IMG/VR virus record: IMGVR_UViG_3300020477_001468
Span: 1-64,000 of that record
DNA: 64,000 bases
Direction: 5' to 3' (one strand)
From: a virus
The translations under genes were made by a program, and so were the position numbers. Numbering within the stretch: position 1 is the stretch's first letter; each line of letters starts with the position of its first letter. The notes under the pieces were generated by a model. The model worked only from the letters and a program-made list of their open reading frames with translations, did no database searches and had not been told where the DNA came from. Positions 18,773 through 28,535 of the stretch are shown here, one piece after another.

Positions 18773-19293
18773 AATTAGTTTCAAAATCAATAAAACCATG
18801 GTATACTTGTTGGGTATATCATGATGCTGTATGTCAAGTATGGTTAAAGCGTGTTACAGGTATAGATTTTGATATAGAGAGTTTTCTAGAATTTAATGAT
18901 CGTTATAATATTGTTCATAGACCAATTAGCATATCTTATGAGTCTAAAATTTTAGAATATGAGATGGAAGATATTTCTAAGTATCAATCCTTTAAGTGCA
19001 ATAATAACATAGAAATTTTTAATTGTTTTCAAGACATTGTACATTTTTTTAGATGCTTTAATGAATACTCTAAAGATCGTACCAACATCTTTTATCATGC
19101 TGATATGACAAAAGCAAATATGATTTATAAAGATGGAACAGTGAAATTAATTGATATAGATAGTTTTCTTTGGAATACACCAGAAAGATATCGTCATTAT
19201 ATGATGGATAAGATTAAGCTATCTTGGCAAACGATTGCCCTAGAGCAATATTTAGATTGGGACAAACTAACAAATCAATTTAGTTTTAAATAA
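18769..19293 (+). CDS. Kinase-like (APH/protein kinase fold) protein
   Basis: HADMTKANMI...KLIDID catalytic loop and metal motif. Start set by ATGA overlap at 18769. Confidence 0.65.
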   Translation: MKLVSKSIKPWYTCWVYHDAVCQVWLKRVTGIDFDIESFLEFNDRYNIVHRPISISYESKILEYEMEDISKYQSFKCNNNIEIFNCFQDIVHFFRCFNEYSKDRTNIFYHADMTKANMIYKDGTVKLIDIDSFLWNTPERYRHYMMDKIKLSWQTIALEQYLDWDKLTNQFSFK

Positions 19294-20142
19294 ATGAATT
19301 TTTTCAACAGACAAAAAATAAATCTTGATTTATCAAACACATGCACACTACAATGTGGTGGTTGTGAAAGAAATAATTATGAAAAAGTACCAGGATCAAA
19401 TCTTACAATACAGCAGTTTAAAAAAATTGAACCCTTTGTAAACGATTTTTCATTTTGTGGTCAAGTATCTGATCCAATATTTAACCCACATCTACCAAAA
19501 TTTTTGGAAATAATTTTCAAAAACAATAAACATGTTTCAGTAAGTGTAGCAGCTTCTCATAAATCAGAAAAATGGTTTGAAAAGTGTTTTAATGCTAATC
19601 CAAAAGCATTATGGATATTTGGAATTGATGGATTACCATCTATGAGTCACAAATATAGAATAAATCAAGATGGTGTAAAATTATTTAATATAATGAAAAA
19701 GGCAGCAACAATTCTTGAGGAAGTACATTGGCAGTATATTGTTTTTGATTATAATAAAGATTATATTAAAGAAGCAGAAAAGATTGCAAATAGTATCAAT
19801 GTAAAGTTGTTATTGAGAGAGAATACACGACATATAAATGACAGAAGTTTTGGAAACAGTTTTGAATTGAAAAAAAATACAAGTATCAAACCAAAATGTT
19901 TTGAGAACAAAAGATTAGGTTATTCATCTCAAGGATTTATACTTCCATGTTGTTGGTGTGATATATCAAATCCAGAAGAAGATGTACAAAAATTATTCGA
20001 CAAAAAATTAAATATTAATAATAGTTCTTTTGAAGATATAATTTTATCTGATGAGTGGATTAATTTTAAAGAAAAAATTATAAATGATCCACCTCAACTG
20101 TGTCAATTTTATTGTAGTGTAAGTTTAAAATCACCTCTGTGA
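19294..20142 (+). CDS. Radical SAM protein with C-terminal SPASM-like domain
   Basis: CTLQCGGC, CGQVSDP, FGIDG, then PCCW...CQFYC. Confidence 0.88.
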   Translation: MNFFNRQKINLDLSNTCTLQCGGCERNNYEKVPGSNLTIQQFKKIEPFVNDFSFCGQVSDPIFNPHLPKFLEIIFKNNKHVSVSVAASHKSEKWFEKCFNANPKALWIFGIDGLPSMSHKYRINQDGVKLFNIMKKAATILEEVHWQYIVFDYNKDYIKEAEKIANSINVKLLLRENTRHINDRSFGNSFELKKNTSIKPKCFENKRLGYSSQGFILPCCWCDISNPEEDVQKLFDKKLNINNSSFEDIILSDEWINFKEKIINDPPQLCQFYCSVSLKSPL

Positions 20143-20786
20143 AATAACTCTACAAAATATTGATTATCATGACTAAATGGTCCAAGTGAATGAGAAAAAG
20201 CAATCTCATTTTCAAATGTTGAATAAGTTAAATGTTCCCATTCAATAAATCTATCAATATGACCCCAATATTTTTCACTGTACATTTCAGGATTTTCCAT
20301 AAAATGATCATAAATTTCATGTACTAAAGGATCATCTCCATTCCAACAAGTAAGTGATCCATTTATAGTTGTTTTGTAAGTGTAATCATAATATTCATCA
20401 ATTCTTAAATCCATGTCTTTTCTATATTCTTTACCATATACACCTTGATAATTTTTTAAATCTTTCCAATGAGCTTGTATACATTTGATACCATTTTTTA
20501 CGTTGATTAACTTACTGAAATCTTTTATAATTTTTACGTCTAAGTCACAGACGAGGTTTAAACCTTTACTAAAACCTTTTCTAAATAAATTTATACGACG
20601 ATTAAAATTATATGGAAAATCACCAATATCAATTATATCAACGTATCTTTCCAATCCTTCAGAATTATCAGTATATAAAAATATTTTGTTAGGTATGGTA
20701 AGTTTAAATTTTATATCATGAATAAGTTTAGTTACATAACCAGCATGATACTTATCACCCCACTTCATTAAGTAGATATTCAACAT
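20109..20786 (-). CDS. Glycosyltransferase-like protein (KWG.KY family)
   Basis: MKWGDKY..YV, YTD, DLD and NGS motifs. Confidence 0.65.
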   Translation of the reverse strand: MLNIYLMKWGDKYHAGYVTKLIHDIKFKLTIPNKIFLYTDNSEGLERYVDIIDIGDFPYNFNRRINLFRKGFSKGLNLVCDLDVKIIKDFSKLINVKNGIKCIQAHWKDLKNYQGVYGKEYRKDMDLRIDEYYDYTYKTTINGSLTCWNGDDPLVHEIYDHFMENPEMYSEKYWGHIDRFIEWEHLTYSTFENEIAFSHSLGPFSHDNQYFVELFHRGDFKLTLQ

Positions 20787-21468
20787 GATCTTTTTCTGTG
20801 TTAAAGTTGGAACAAAATATTCTTCCCAAGTTGTAAATAATCTTTATAATCAACTAGATAGGTATTATTCTGGTAGAGTTTATTTACACTGTTTAACAGA
20901 TGATGATATAGGTATATATAATGATATTCAAACAATAAAAATAAATAAAGCAGACACATGGAAAAAATTACAATGGCATAAGACTTCTTTTTTTCGGAAA
21001 AATTTTAATGGTTTTAATAATAATGAAGAAGTCATAGTATGTGATATTGATATAGAAATACTCAAAAATATAGATAAATTAGTTGATTTTCCTATTAATA
21101 GATTTGCGGCTGCTCGAAGATGGTGGATGTTAGAACATGGTCAAATGAGTGGTACATGGTATAAATTTAAAATAGGTGATTTAGCACATGTTGATACACA
21201 ATTTGATAAAACTTGGCAAGAGTACTGGGTGCAAAATAAATTAGTTGCCCCACCCGTTAATGGCGAACAAAATTATGTAGAAGGTATGGTTGAATCAGTA
21301 TGTGAAATAGATTATTTTCCTGATACATGGTTTACAAAATGGACCGATAATGATGAAAGAAATCGCTTAATACAACAAGACTTTTATAAACTAACAAATG
21401 ATATGCTCTATTTTGGTACTTTTCATGAGGATATTAAAATAGTACACTACGCAGGTTATAATAGATAA
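20785..21468 (+). CDS. Glycosyltransferase-like protein (KWG.KY family)
   Basis: VKVGTKY, CLTD, DID, NGEQNYV and IVHYAG. Confidence 0.7.
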   Translation: MIFFCVKVGTKYSSQVVNNLYNQLDRYYSGRVYLHCLTDDDIGIYNDIQTIKINKADTWKKLQWHKTSFFRKNFNGFNNNEEVIVCDIDIEILKNIDKLVDFPINRFAAARRWWMLEHGQMSGTWYKFKIGDLAHVDTQFDKTWQEYWVQNKLVAPPVNGEQNYVEGMVESVCEIDYFPDTWFTKWTDNDERNRLIQQDFYKLTNDMLYFGTFHEDIKIVHYAGYNR

Positions 21469-21471
21469 ATA
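21464..21471 (+). promoter_or_regulatory. T4-type late promoter (GATAAATA) followed by GGAGA RBS
   Basis: Box about 20 nt upstream of ATG 21491, with a strong Shine-Dalgarno between. Confidence 0.6.
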
Positions 21472-21490
21472 GAGAATATAGGAGAAAATT

Positions 21491-22297
21491 ATGCCACTCG
21501 ATTATGATACCTTAATTAAACCAATATGTGATGATATAGATACAAATTATACTGGTTATAAAAATTATTATATTAACCAAATGTATCTACCCATATATTG
21601 GGATAAAAATGCAATTGTTACTGTCTATGCTCATATTGCTGAATCAGTTATTGTATATTTAAATGCTAATCATGCCGGTAAAAGATTCCTTGAATGTAAT
21701 ATGAAAGATGGTTTAATAAAATATTACAATGAAGATGCAACAAACGGGCTTGCTAATCCTTTAAACATCAAAAGTGCATGTCATCTAGCAGACTGGCATA
21801 CAGCAGTCACATGTAGCAGAACAGGAGATACAACATCAGATATATCTGATGCTGCATCCATAAATGAAAATCCAGATGACCATAATGGATTCTTTTTTAT
21901 TAGAATGAAAGCGGCTTTAGGTGTCCAAGCTGATTATTGTCGTATAGCACGGCCATTGGATGGTAATTATCCAACAGATTGGATCCAAACAACTCCTAAT
22001 GATGCAACAGCTATTGATCTTAATAATTTTGATATGTTACTTATAGGTGTACCTGATGCACAAATTTTTAACGATGTTAACAATTTTAAATCTACAACTG
22101 GATATAATGGATCAATTCTTTTTTATGATGTTGGCTTTGAAGGTGAAGATGAGGAATCACGAAGATCGTTAATTCTTTCAGATATGGGATTAACATGGGA
22201 TGATATGAAATATAAGAATGATAACTGTGTCTTAGCAAATCTACCAGCACATGACGTTGTTGATCTGAGTGGCCATACTGGATATTTAATATCATGA
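21491..22297 (+). CDS. Hypothetical acidic protein
   Basis: 268-aa ORF with its own promoter and RBS; Asp/Asn-rich. Confidence 0.7.
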   Translation: MPLDYDTLIKPICDDIDTNYTGYKNYYINQMYLPIYWDKNAIVTVYAHIAESVIVYLNANHAGKRFLECNMKDGLIKYYNEDATNGLANPLNIKSACHLADWHTAVTCSRTGDTTSDISDAASINENPDDHNGFFFIRMKAALGVQADYCRIARPLDGNYPTDWIQTTPNDATAIDLNNFDMLLIGVPDAQIFNDVNNFKSTTGYNGSILFYDVGFEGEDEESRRSLILSDMGLTWDDMKYKNDNCVLANLPAHDVVDLSGHTGYLIS

Positions 22298-22301
22298 AGG
22301 A

Positions 22302-23210
22302 ATGAAAAACCTGTTTATTACGCATTTGTATAGACAAGGTAATGGTGATATAATTCAACTACTATCTAATATACATAATGCTGTTTCTAATAATGCTTAT
22401 ATACTATTTGATAACTCATTTACCCGTGATGGTATAAAAAGACCTTTTAGTTATGAAGAACAATTTGCTGTTTTAGAAAATCAAATAAAAAAAATAATAT
22501 TCTGGAACGAGGTGTTCCTTGATAATGCTCCAGCTGTTAATATTATATACAAAGGTCGTATTATTAATAGTAAAAAACATTTTGAATTTTTAACTGATAA
22601 TAATAAACTTTTTGATGTAGCAACATTAACAAAAATAGATTTAAATACTGAACAGTGTAAAGTAACATATCAAGAAGATTGGATTGATTTTGTTAAAAAA
22701 CATAATATGGTGTTTTTTCCTTCTACTTTTAAGCATCAACCAAAAGATCATATTGGATTGAGTTTACGCACAGATTATTCAGCATATGGATTTGATACAC
22801 TTGATTGGCTTGAATGTGAATATATTGAACAAATGTTTCAGGATCAAAAAATTAAATATATTGATTATTTTATTGATCAATCTTTGTTACAATTTCCATC
22901 CCATAAAAAAAGATTTGGTTCTTGGAAAGGTCAAGGTATAGCTTTTCATGTTAATGATACGATTACAAATCAAGATATTCAAAATTTTAAAAATTTTTGT
23001 GAAGATTTAAAAACATGTAAATTTTTAGTATGTACAGAAGGTGGGATGAGTCATATGGCTGCATGTATGAGAATACCATTTTACATCTTTGGAAATTTTA
23101 ATAGAGACAATGAGGAAGCATTTCTTGAACTGTGGCAAAACTATTACGCTCCCCATGGTATTGTAACTGAAGATTTAATAACTTTAAAAGAAAGGGTATA
23201 TGAAACTTAA
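22302..23210 (+). CDS. Putative GT-B/GT9-like glycosyltransferase
   Basis: N-terminal GNGD and C-terminal FLVCTEGGMSHMAACMRIP, resembling the GT9 D(S/T)G..H.A motif. Confidence 0.5.
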   Translation: MKNLFITHLYRQGNGDIIQLLSNIHNAVSNNAYILFDNSFTRDGIKRPFSYEEQFAVLENQIKKIIFWNEVFLDNAPAVNIIYKGRIINSKKHFEFLTDNNKLFDVATLTKIDLNTEQCKVTYQEDWIDFVKKHNMVFFPSTFKHQPKDHIGLSLRTDYSAYGFDTLDWLECEYIEQMFQDQKIKYIDYFIDQSLLQFPSHKKRFGSWKGQGIAFHVNDTITNQDIQNFKNFCEDLKTCKFLVCTEGGMSHMAACMRIPFYIFGNFNRDNEEAFLELWQNYYAPHGIVTEDLITLKERVYET

Positions 23211-23298
23211 ATATAGGTTAAGATACTACTGGTACAAATTTAAACATCTTTTTATAAAAAGAAAAAAGAAAGATCCACCAATTTATATCTATGACTGA
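23200..23298 (+). CDS. 32-aa basic/aromatic peptide MKLKYRLRYYWYKFKHLFIKRKKKDPPIYIYD
   Basis: Below the ORF-track cutoff. Fills the 80-bp gap completely and overlaps both the upstream stop and the downstream radical SAM start. Confidence 0.65.
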   Translation: MKLKYRLRYYWYKFKHLFIKRKKKDPPIYIYD

Positions 23299-24475
23299 TA
23301 TGGTAAAGTGTCCAGTACCTAATTCTTGTTTAACAATAAATCCTGATGGAACATTAGCACCATGTTGTCAGGCATCATTACCTTTTGAGCGTGACGATAA
23401 ATTTATTTCTCTTCAAACAACAGATTCATTACTTAATTTTTTTAATAGTCCTTTTTTAAATAATATTAGAGAAAATATTAAAACTAAAGGTATCCATCCA
23501 AGATTATGTAATGAATGTATTGATCAGCACAATAATAATGAACGTACATTCATGGATATGTACGATGATACACTTGTACGATTATGGAAGATTAATAGAA
23601 AAGACTTATCATACCTTGAATTAACTACAAGTAATTTATGTAATCAAACTTGTACCACTTGTAATGGCTTTCTTTCTTCAGCTTGGAATATACTTGATAA
23701 GAAAATTTTAAAAGCATATCCAGGTTTAGACGAAGATTTAAGTGAGAAGAGAGTTAGCAGGCATTGGATAAAAAATGATATAAGATTAACACAAAAAGAT
23801 ATTGATAAGATAAAACCAATTTTACCTAAATTAAGAGTGTTTTGTATAAAGGGAGGTGAACCTTTTGCTGATAAGAAAAATATGGATCTGCTTGAATATC
23901 TTGCAAAAGTTAATCCAGATTGTTATGTTCAAATAATAACCAATTTTACGTTAGTAGATAAGTATATTCATATACTGAAAAAATTTAGACGTCTTGATGT
24001 AGATGCTAGTGTTGATGGTCTATATGATCAATATGAATGGATGCGAAGCTCAAAGTGGAAGAAATTGCTTGAACAAATGGATCTTTATATTCATAAAACA
24101 CGTAAGCAAACAATGATTAATATTACTGTTTCAATTTACAACTATTTTAATTTACATGAAATAATTAAATATTGGGATAAGAGTCCTTATTCAAGAACAC
24201 TTGCAGCAACAAATATTGTACATCATCCAAAAATATCAAGTTTTAAATTTTTAAAGCAAGACTACTTAAATATGTTTTATGATAAAATTGATCCAAATTT
24301 TACTGGTATTGTACTTGATCGTCCAACGTCTTTTAAAGACCAAGATTTAAAATTTAGTAGAAAATTTTATTATCAAAAAATGCAAAAATGGATTGATGTA
24401 ATGGATAGTATGAGAGGATTTAAATTAGTTGATTCAGTACCTGAATTAAACCTATTAGAAGAGATGATATTATGA
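23291..24475 (+). CDS. Radical SAM protein with N-terminal twitch/SPASM domain
   Basis: CP.P...INPDG...PCC...CNEC, then CNQTCTTC and KGGEP. Confidence 0.92.
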   Translation: MTDMVKCPVPNSCLTINPDGTLAPCCQASLPFERDDKFISLQTTDSLLNFFNSPFLNNIRENIKTKGIHPRLCNECIDQHNNNERTFMDMYDDTLVRLWKINRKDLSYLELTTSNLCNQTCTTCNGFLSSAWNILDKKILKAYPGLDEDLSEKRVSRHWIKNDIRLTQKDIDKIKPILPKLRVFCIKGGEPFADKKNMDLLEYLAKVNPDCYVQIITNFTLVDKYIHILKKFRRLDVDASVDGLYDQYEWMRSSKWKKLLEQMDLYIHKTRKQTMINITVSIYNYFNLHEIIKYWDKSPYSRTLAATNIVHHPKISSFKFLKQDYLNMFYDKIDPNFTGIVLDRPTSFKDQDLKFSRKFYYQKMQKWIDVMDSMRGFKLVDSVPELNLLEEMIL

Positions 24476-25314
24476 TTTTATGTTTTGGTTGTAGCTTCAC
24501 AGATCATACTAAAGTTTCTTTTTGTGAACCCACTCGTGATACAGACTTTATAAGATGGCCAAAAATTATAGGCAAAATGCTTAATAAAAAATCTTATAAT
24601 TTAGCTTTAAGTGGTTTATCTAATGATGCTATTCAACAAAGAATTAAAACAGAACTTGTAAAACATCATAAAGAAATTGATTTTGTTTTTGTACAATGGA
24701 CAGAGTGGTATAGATTTTCATTAATGCATAATACGATGTATAGTTTCATGTTTACGCATCTTGTTGATGAGTGGTTAGAAACATTTCATAATGCTGAAAG
24801 CGAAGGCTATTTAAAAGATATCTCTCCAAATTTTAAAAATAATATTGATATGGAATCACATCATTTAATGAATATGATGCATTTTTTAAATTATAGATAT
24901 GAAAAAGATACAACTGAAGCTGAAAAACGCAGAGGAATAGCTTCTAAAGATTTTATAAATTATTTTGTGATTGGAGTTTACCATACAATACAAAAATTTT
25001 GTGAGGCATATAATATACCAATTATTCACATTCAAGGTGTAGGAATTACTCCCACTGAAGGTTATTGTAATGTTTTAAATGTACAATATGGTCAGTACCA
25101 AAAAGAAATGTTGGAGAATTATATGGAGCTGTTTGTTGATAATTTTATAGGATGGCCTATAATGCCTGCTCTAGGTGGACATACAATTGCTGATAAACTT
25201 GATGAACATGGAGAAGATTTATATATTTCTATAATGGATAGACACCCAAATGCAGAAGGTCATGAAATGATAGCTGAACTTTTTCTTGACAGATATAAGA
25301 TGTTATATGTATAG
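24472..25314 (+). CDS. SGNH hydrolase-like protein
   Basis: GCSFT, GLSN, VQWT and DRHPNAEGH. Confidence 0.75.
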   Translation: MILCFGCSFTDHTKVSFCEPTRDTDFIRWPKIIGKMLNKKSYNLALSGLSNDAIQQRIKTELVKHHKEIDFVFVQWTEWYRFSLMHNTMYSFMFTHLVDEWLETFHNAESEGYLKDISPNFKNNIDMESHHLMNMMHFLNYRYEKDTTEAEKRRGIASKDFINYFVIGVYHTIQKFCEAYNIPIIHIQGVGITPTEGYCNVLNVQYGQYQKEMLENYMELFVDNFIGWPIMPALGGHTIADKLDEHGEDLYISIMDRHPNAEGHEMIAELFLDRYKMLYV

Positions 25315-26059
25315 AAATGCTTTTAGACAACAAAAAATAAATGCATGGGTTGATTTATCTACCTTGTGTAATGCAAAATGTCCTCAATGCCATAGAACCA
25401 ATCCTAATGGATTAGATAAACAAGAATGGCTACCTCTTGTTCAATGGACATTATTAGATTTTAAAAAAGCATTTCCAATACAAACACTAAAGCACATTCA
25501 AAGATTTGAAATTTGTGGTACATGGGGTGATCCAATAGCAAATAAAGATATTGATAAAATTGTTGAATATATTATTAATCATTCTAATAGTGAAATTATT
25601 ATCAATACAAATGGTAGTCTTAGATCAAGAAATTGGTGGTATAAATTGGGTATGATTGGTAAAAAAAGATTATCAATTTTCTTTGCCATAGAAGGTATTG
25701 ATCAAGAAATGCATAGTGCATATAGAGTAAATACTGATCTACGAAAAATTCTTGACAATATGTTAGAATTTGGTAAACATAGTATTGTAAAAGTATTTGT
25801 AGTTGTTTTTGATCATAATGAAGATTACTTGGAAGAAATATATCAAATGTGTGAACTTTATAATTCTAAAGAAACATTATTTTTTCCTTCAAACAGATTT
25901 GGTCCACATCCAGATTTTGATTATGTGTACAAAAACAAGCAACTGAAACTAAAACCAGTACGCAGTATGGATAGTCCTTTTTATCGCCCAGAGGATGCAT
26001 ATAAATGGAAAATTAATTTAACTGGTAAACATAAAAAAGATATGCATTTAAAGTTATGA
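25307..26059 (+). CDS. Radical SAM protein (core domain only)
   Basis: CNAKCPQC, CGTWGDP and TNG. Start set to ATG 25307. Confidence 0.9.
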   Translation: MYRNAFRQQKINAWVDLSTLCNAKCPQCHRTNPNGLDKQEWLPLVQWTLLDFKKAFPIQTLKHIQRFEICGTWGDPIANKDIDKIVEYIINHSNSEIIINTNGSLRSRNWWYKLGMIGKKRLSIFFAIEGIDQEMHSAYRVNTDLRKILDNMLEFGKHSIVKVFVVVFDHNEDYLEEIYQMCELYNSKETLFFPSNRFGPHPDFDYVYKNKQLKLKPVRSMDSPFYRPEDAYKWKINLTGKHKKDMHLKL

Positions 26060-26406
26060 AAAAAATAATATGTCAATGGGAAAAGGTTGATAAAGTTTTA
26101 ATCAATCCTGATGGACAAGTATTTCCATGTTGTTATCTATCAAATCCAGCTTACACTGCTAAAATTCAAGAAGCAAAAGACGGCAAGGTTTCATATGGAT
26201 GGGATGTTGTGAATGATCCAACACCAACTGCAGAAACTAATGTAATTAGAAAATATTATGAACATGAAAAAGATTTAAATGTTTTTAACAAATCTTTAAG
26301 TGATGTCCTTGCTCATAAATGGTTTCAAGAAATATTACCAAAATCATGGGAAGATGAAAAAACTTGCCATAAAATTTGTAAAATGATGTGTGAACGTGAA
26401 GTCTAA
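26056..26406 (+). CDS. Stand-alone SPASM/twitch Fe-S domain protein
   Basis: C...INPDGQVFPCCY...CKMMC; ATGA overlap with the upstream radical SAM gene. Confidence 0.8.
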   Translation: MKKIICQWEKVDKVLINPDGQVFPCCYLSNPAYTAKIQEAKDGKVSYGWDVVNDPTPTAETNVIRKYYEHEKDLNVFNKSLSDVLAHKWFQEILPKSWEDEKTCHKICKMMCEREV

Positions 26407-27562
26407 ATTTTGTCCTGCACCATGGTATCATTTATCAACTGATACTAATGGATCATTAAGACCCTGCTGTAAATTCTCTCAACCACAACTTCAGCAAAAG
26501 CATAAAATGCCTTTTATGTATGAAGGTAGATTAGATGAATTGTGGAACAGCAAAAATTTTAAATCATTACGTCAAGATTTTATAGATGGAAAGCAACCAA
26601 AAGAATGTGAAATATGCTGGAATGAAGAAAACAACAATGTAAGAAGTTATCGTGAAAATTTAATTGATTGGTTTAAGAGTAGTTGGGAGCATTGTGATTT
26701 TACAAAGGTAGAAGCACCTCCTCCTACGTCTTTTGATTTCAAGGTCACAAACTTGTGTAATATGAAATGCAGAATTTGTGGACCAACAGCATCAAGTTTA
26801 TTTTTTGAAGAAGCCAAATCTTATATGAGATTAACCTATAATGAGGCCTATTTAAAAGACAACAAAATAACACAAACTAATAATAGAGAAATATTTTTAA
26901 AATGGTTACCACATATAAAACGTATTGAAATTACAGGTGGTGAACCTCTAGTTAGTCCTGAAAATAAAGAAATGATAAAGTTAATATGTGATCAAGGTCA
27001 CGCAGATCATATTGACTTACAAGTTACTACAAATGGTAAACTTTTTATTCCAAAATTTAATGAATATTTAAAACAGTTTGAAAGAGTAATCATATCGTTA
27101 AGTATTGATGATATCACTGATAGATTTGAATACCATAGATATCCATCTAATTGGAAAAAAGTTAAATCAAATATAGACGATTATATAAAATTAGATAAAG
27201 ACAATCATAATATACAAACATATCTTTATTGTACAGTAAGTAATTATAATATCTTTTACTTAGATGAATATTGTGATTATTTTAGCTATCTACCAAAAAA
27301 TCAATATAATTTTGGTTTATTATTTTATAATGATTACTGGTGCATTCAAAATCTACATCCATATATTAAAGAAATTATATTAGACAAATTAAACGACTAT
27401 GAAAAATTACATCCTGTAATTAATTACTTATCAGGTAAAGGCAAAGACCTTACTAAAAAATTTTTGATAGAAACTTCAAAGTTTGATAGACTTAGACAGC
27501 AACAATTTTCAACAACATTTCCAGAATGGTATGATATTCTCAGCATGCATCGCACCCTTTAA
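26390..27562 (+). CDS. Radical SAM protein with N-terminal twitch domain
   Basis: CPAPW...PCC...CEIC, then CNMKCRIC, TGGEP and TTNG. Confidence 0.93.
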   Translation: MNVKSKFCPAPWYHLSTDTNGSLRPCCKFSQPQLQQKHKMPFMYEGRLDELWNSKNFKSLRQDFIDGKQPKECEICWNEENNNVRSYRENLIDWFKSSWEHCDFTKVEAPPPTSFDFKVTNLCNMKCRICGPTASSLFFEEAKSYMRLTYNEAYLKDNKITQTNNREIFLKWLPHIKRIEITGGEPLVSPENKEMIKLICDQGHADHIDLQVTTNGKLFIPKFNEYLKQFERVIISLSIDDITDRFEYHRYPSNWKKVKSNIDDYIKLDKDNHNIQTYLYCTVSNYNIFYLDEYCDYFSYLPKNQYNFGLLFYNDYWCIQNLHPYIKEIILDKLNDYEKLHPVINYLSGKGKDLTKKFLIETSKFDRLRQQQFSTTFPEWYDILSMHRTL

Positions 27563-28535
27563 TAATATGTATTTTGCAGTACAAGGTCAAGCATCACCTT
27601 GTTGGCTGTCTAGTGGATATTTGGATAAGTGGTCTAAAACCAAATCAATCAAAGAAATCTGGCGAGGTCAAAAATATCAACAATATAGAAACAATTTAAG
27701 ATGGGATATATTTGAAGATCAATGTACAATATGTAAGGATGATATTGATAATGGAAGATGGCCTTTAGCTAAAGCATATGAAGATTTTAGTGTTGATTTT
27801 GAATATCCTACATTGATGGAATTGGAATTAAGCAACCAATGTAATCTTGAATGTTTAATGTGTTCTGGAATATTAAGTAGTGGTATTAGAAAAAATAGAG
27901 ATAAATTACCACCACTAGAAATACCTTATGATGATAGTTTTGTAGAACAGCTTAATGAATTTATCCCTTATCTTGAAGAATTAAGATTTAATGGTGGTGA
28001 ACCAATGCTACAAAACATTGTTCATAAAATTTGTAACAATGTCGCAAAAATAAAACCAGAACTTAAAATTAATATTGCAACAAATGGTACCGTTTACAAT
28101 AAGAGAGTTCAAACCTTATTAAATAAATGCAATATACATCTTAATATTTCTATAGATGGGTTCTCTAAAGACGTATATGAAAAAATAAGAATAAATGCAA
28201 ATCATGACACCTTAATGAAACATTTTGATATTTTTTTGCGATACTGTAAAGATGGTAAGAGAGAATTATCTGTTATGGTAAACCCAATGAGAAACAATTG
28301 GTGGGAAATGCATAAGTTTGTTGAATGGACACATAAACACAATGTCAATTTATGGTATAACACAATTAGGTATCCTGAACATTTAGCATTATGGAATTGG
28401 GAGGATAAGTTACATAGTGTGTATGATAGTATGAGTTTATGTTTAAGGCAAATGCCAAATTTTCAAAATAAAGATAAGTATGAACATTTAGTGGAAAGGC
28501 AAATAAAGACTTGGTATGAAAAGATGTCTCTATAG
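27531..28535 (+). CDS. Radical SAM protein with N-terminal twitch domain
   Basis: CIAPF...PCW...CTIC, then CNLECLMC and NGGEP. Start set to ATG 27531. Confidence 0.92.
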   Translation: MIFSACIAPFNNMYFAVQGQASPCWLSSGYLDKWSKTKSIKEIWRGQKYQQYRNNLRWDIFEDQCTICKDDIDNGRWPLAKAYEDFSVDFEYPTLMELELSNQCNLECLMCSGILSSGIRKNRDKLPPLEIPYDDSFVEQLNEFIPYLEELRFNGGEPMLQNIVHKICNNVAKIKPELKINIATNGTVYNKRVQTLLNKCNIHLNISIDGFSKDVYEKIRINANHDTLMKHFDIFLRYCKDGKRELSVMVNPMRNNWWEMHKFVEWTHKHNVNLWYNTIRYPEHLALWNWEDKLHSVYDSMSLCLRQMPNFQNKDKYEHLVERQIKTWYEKMSL

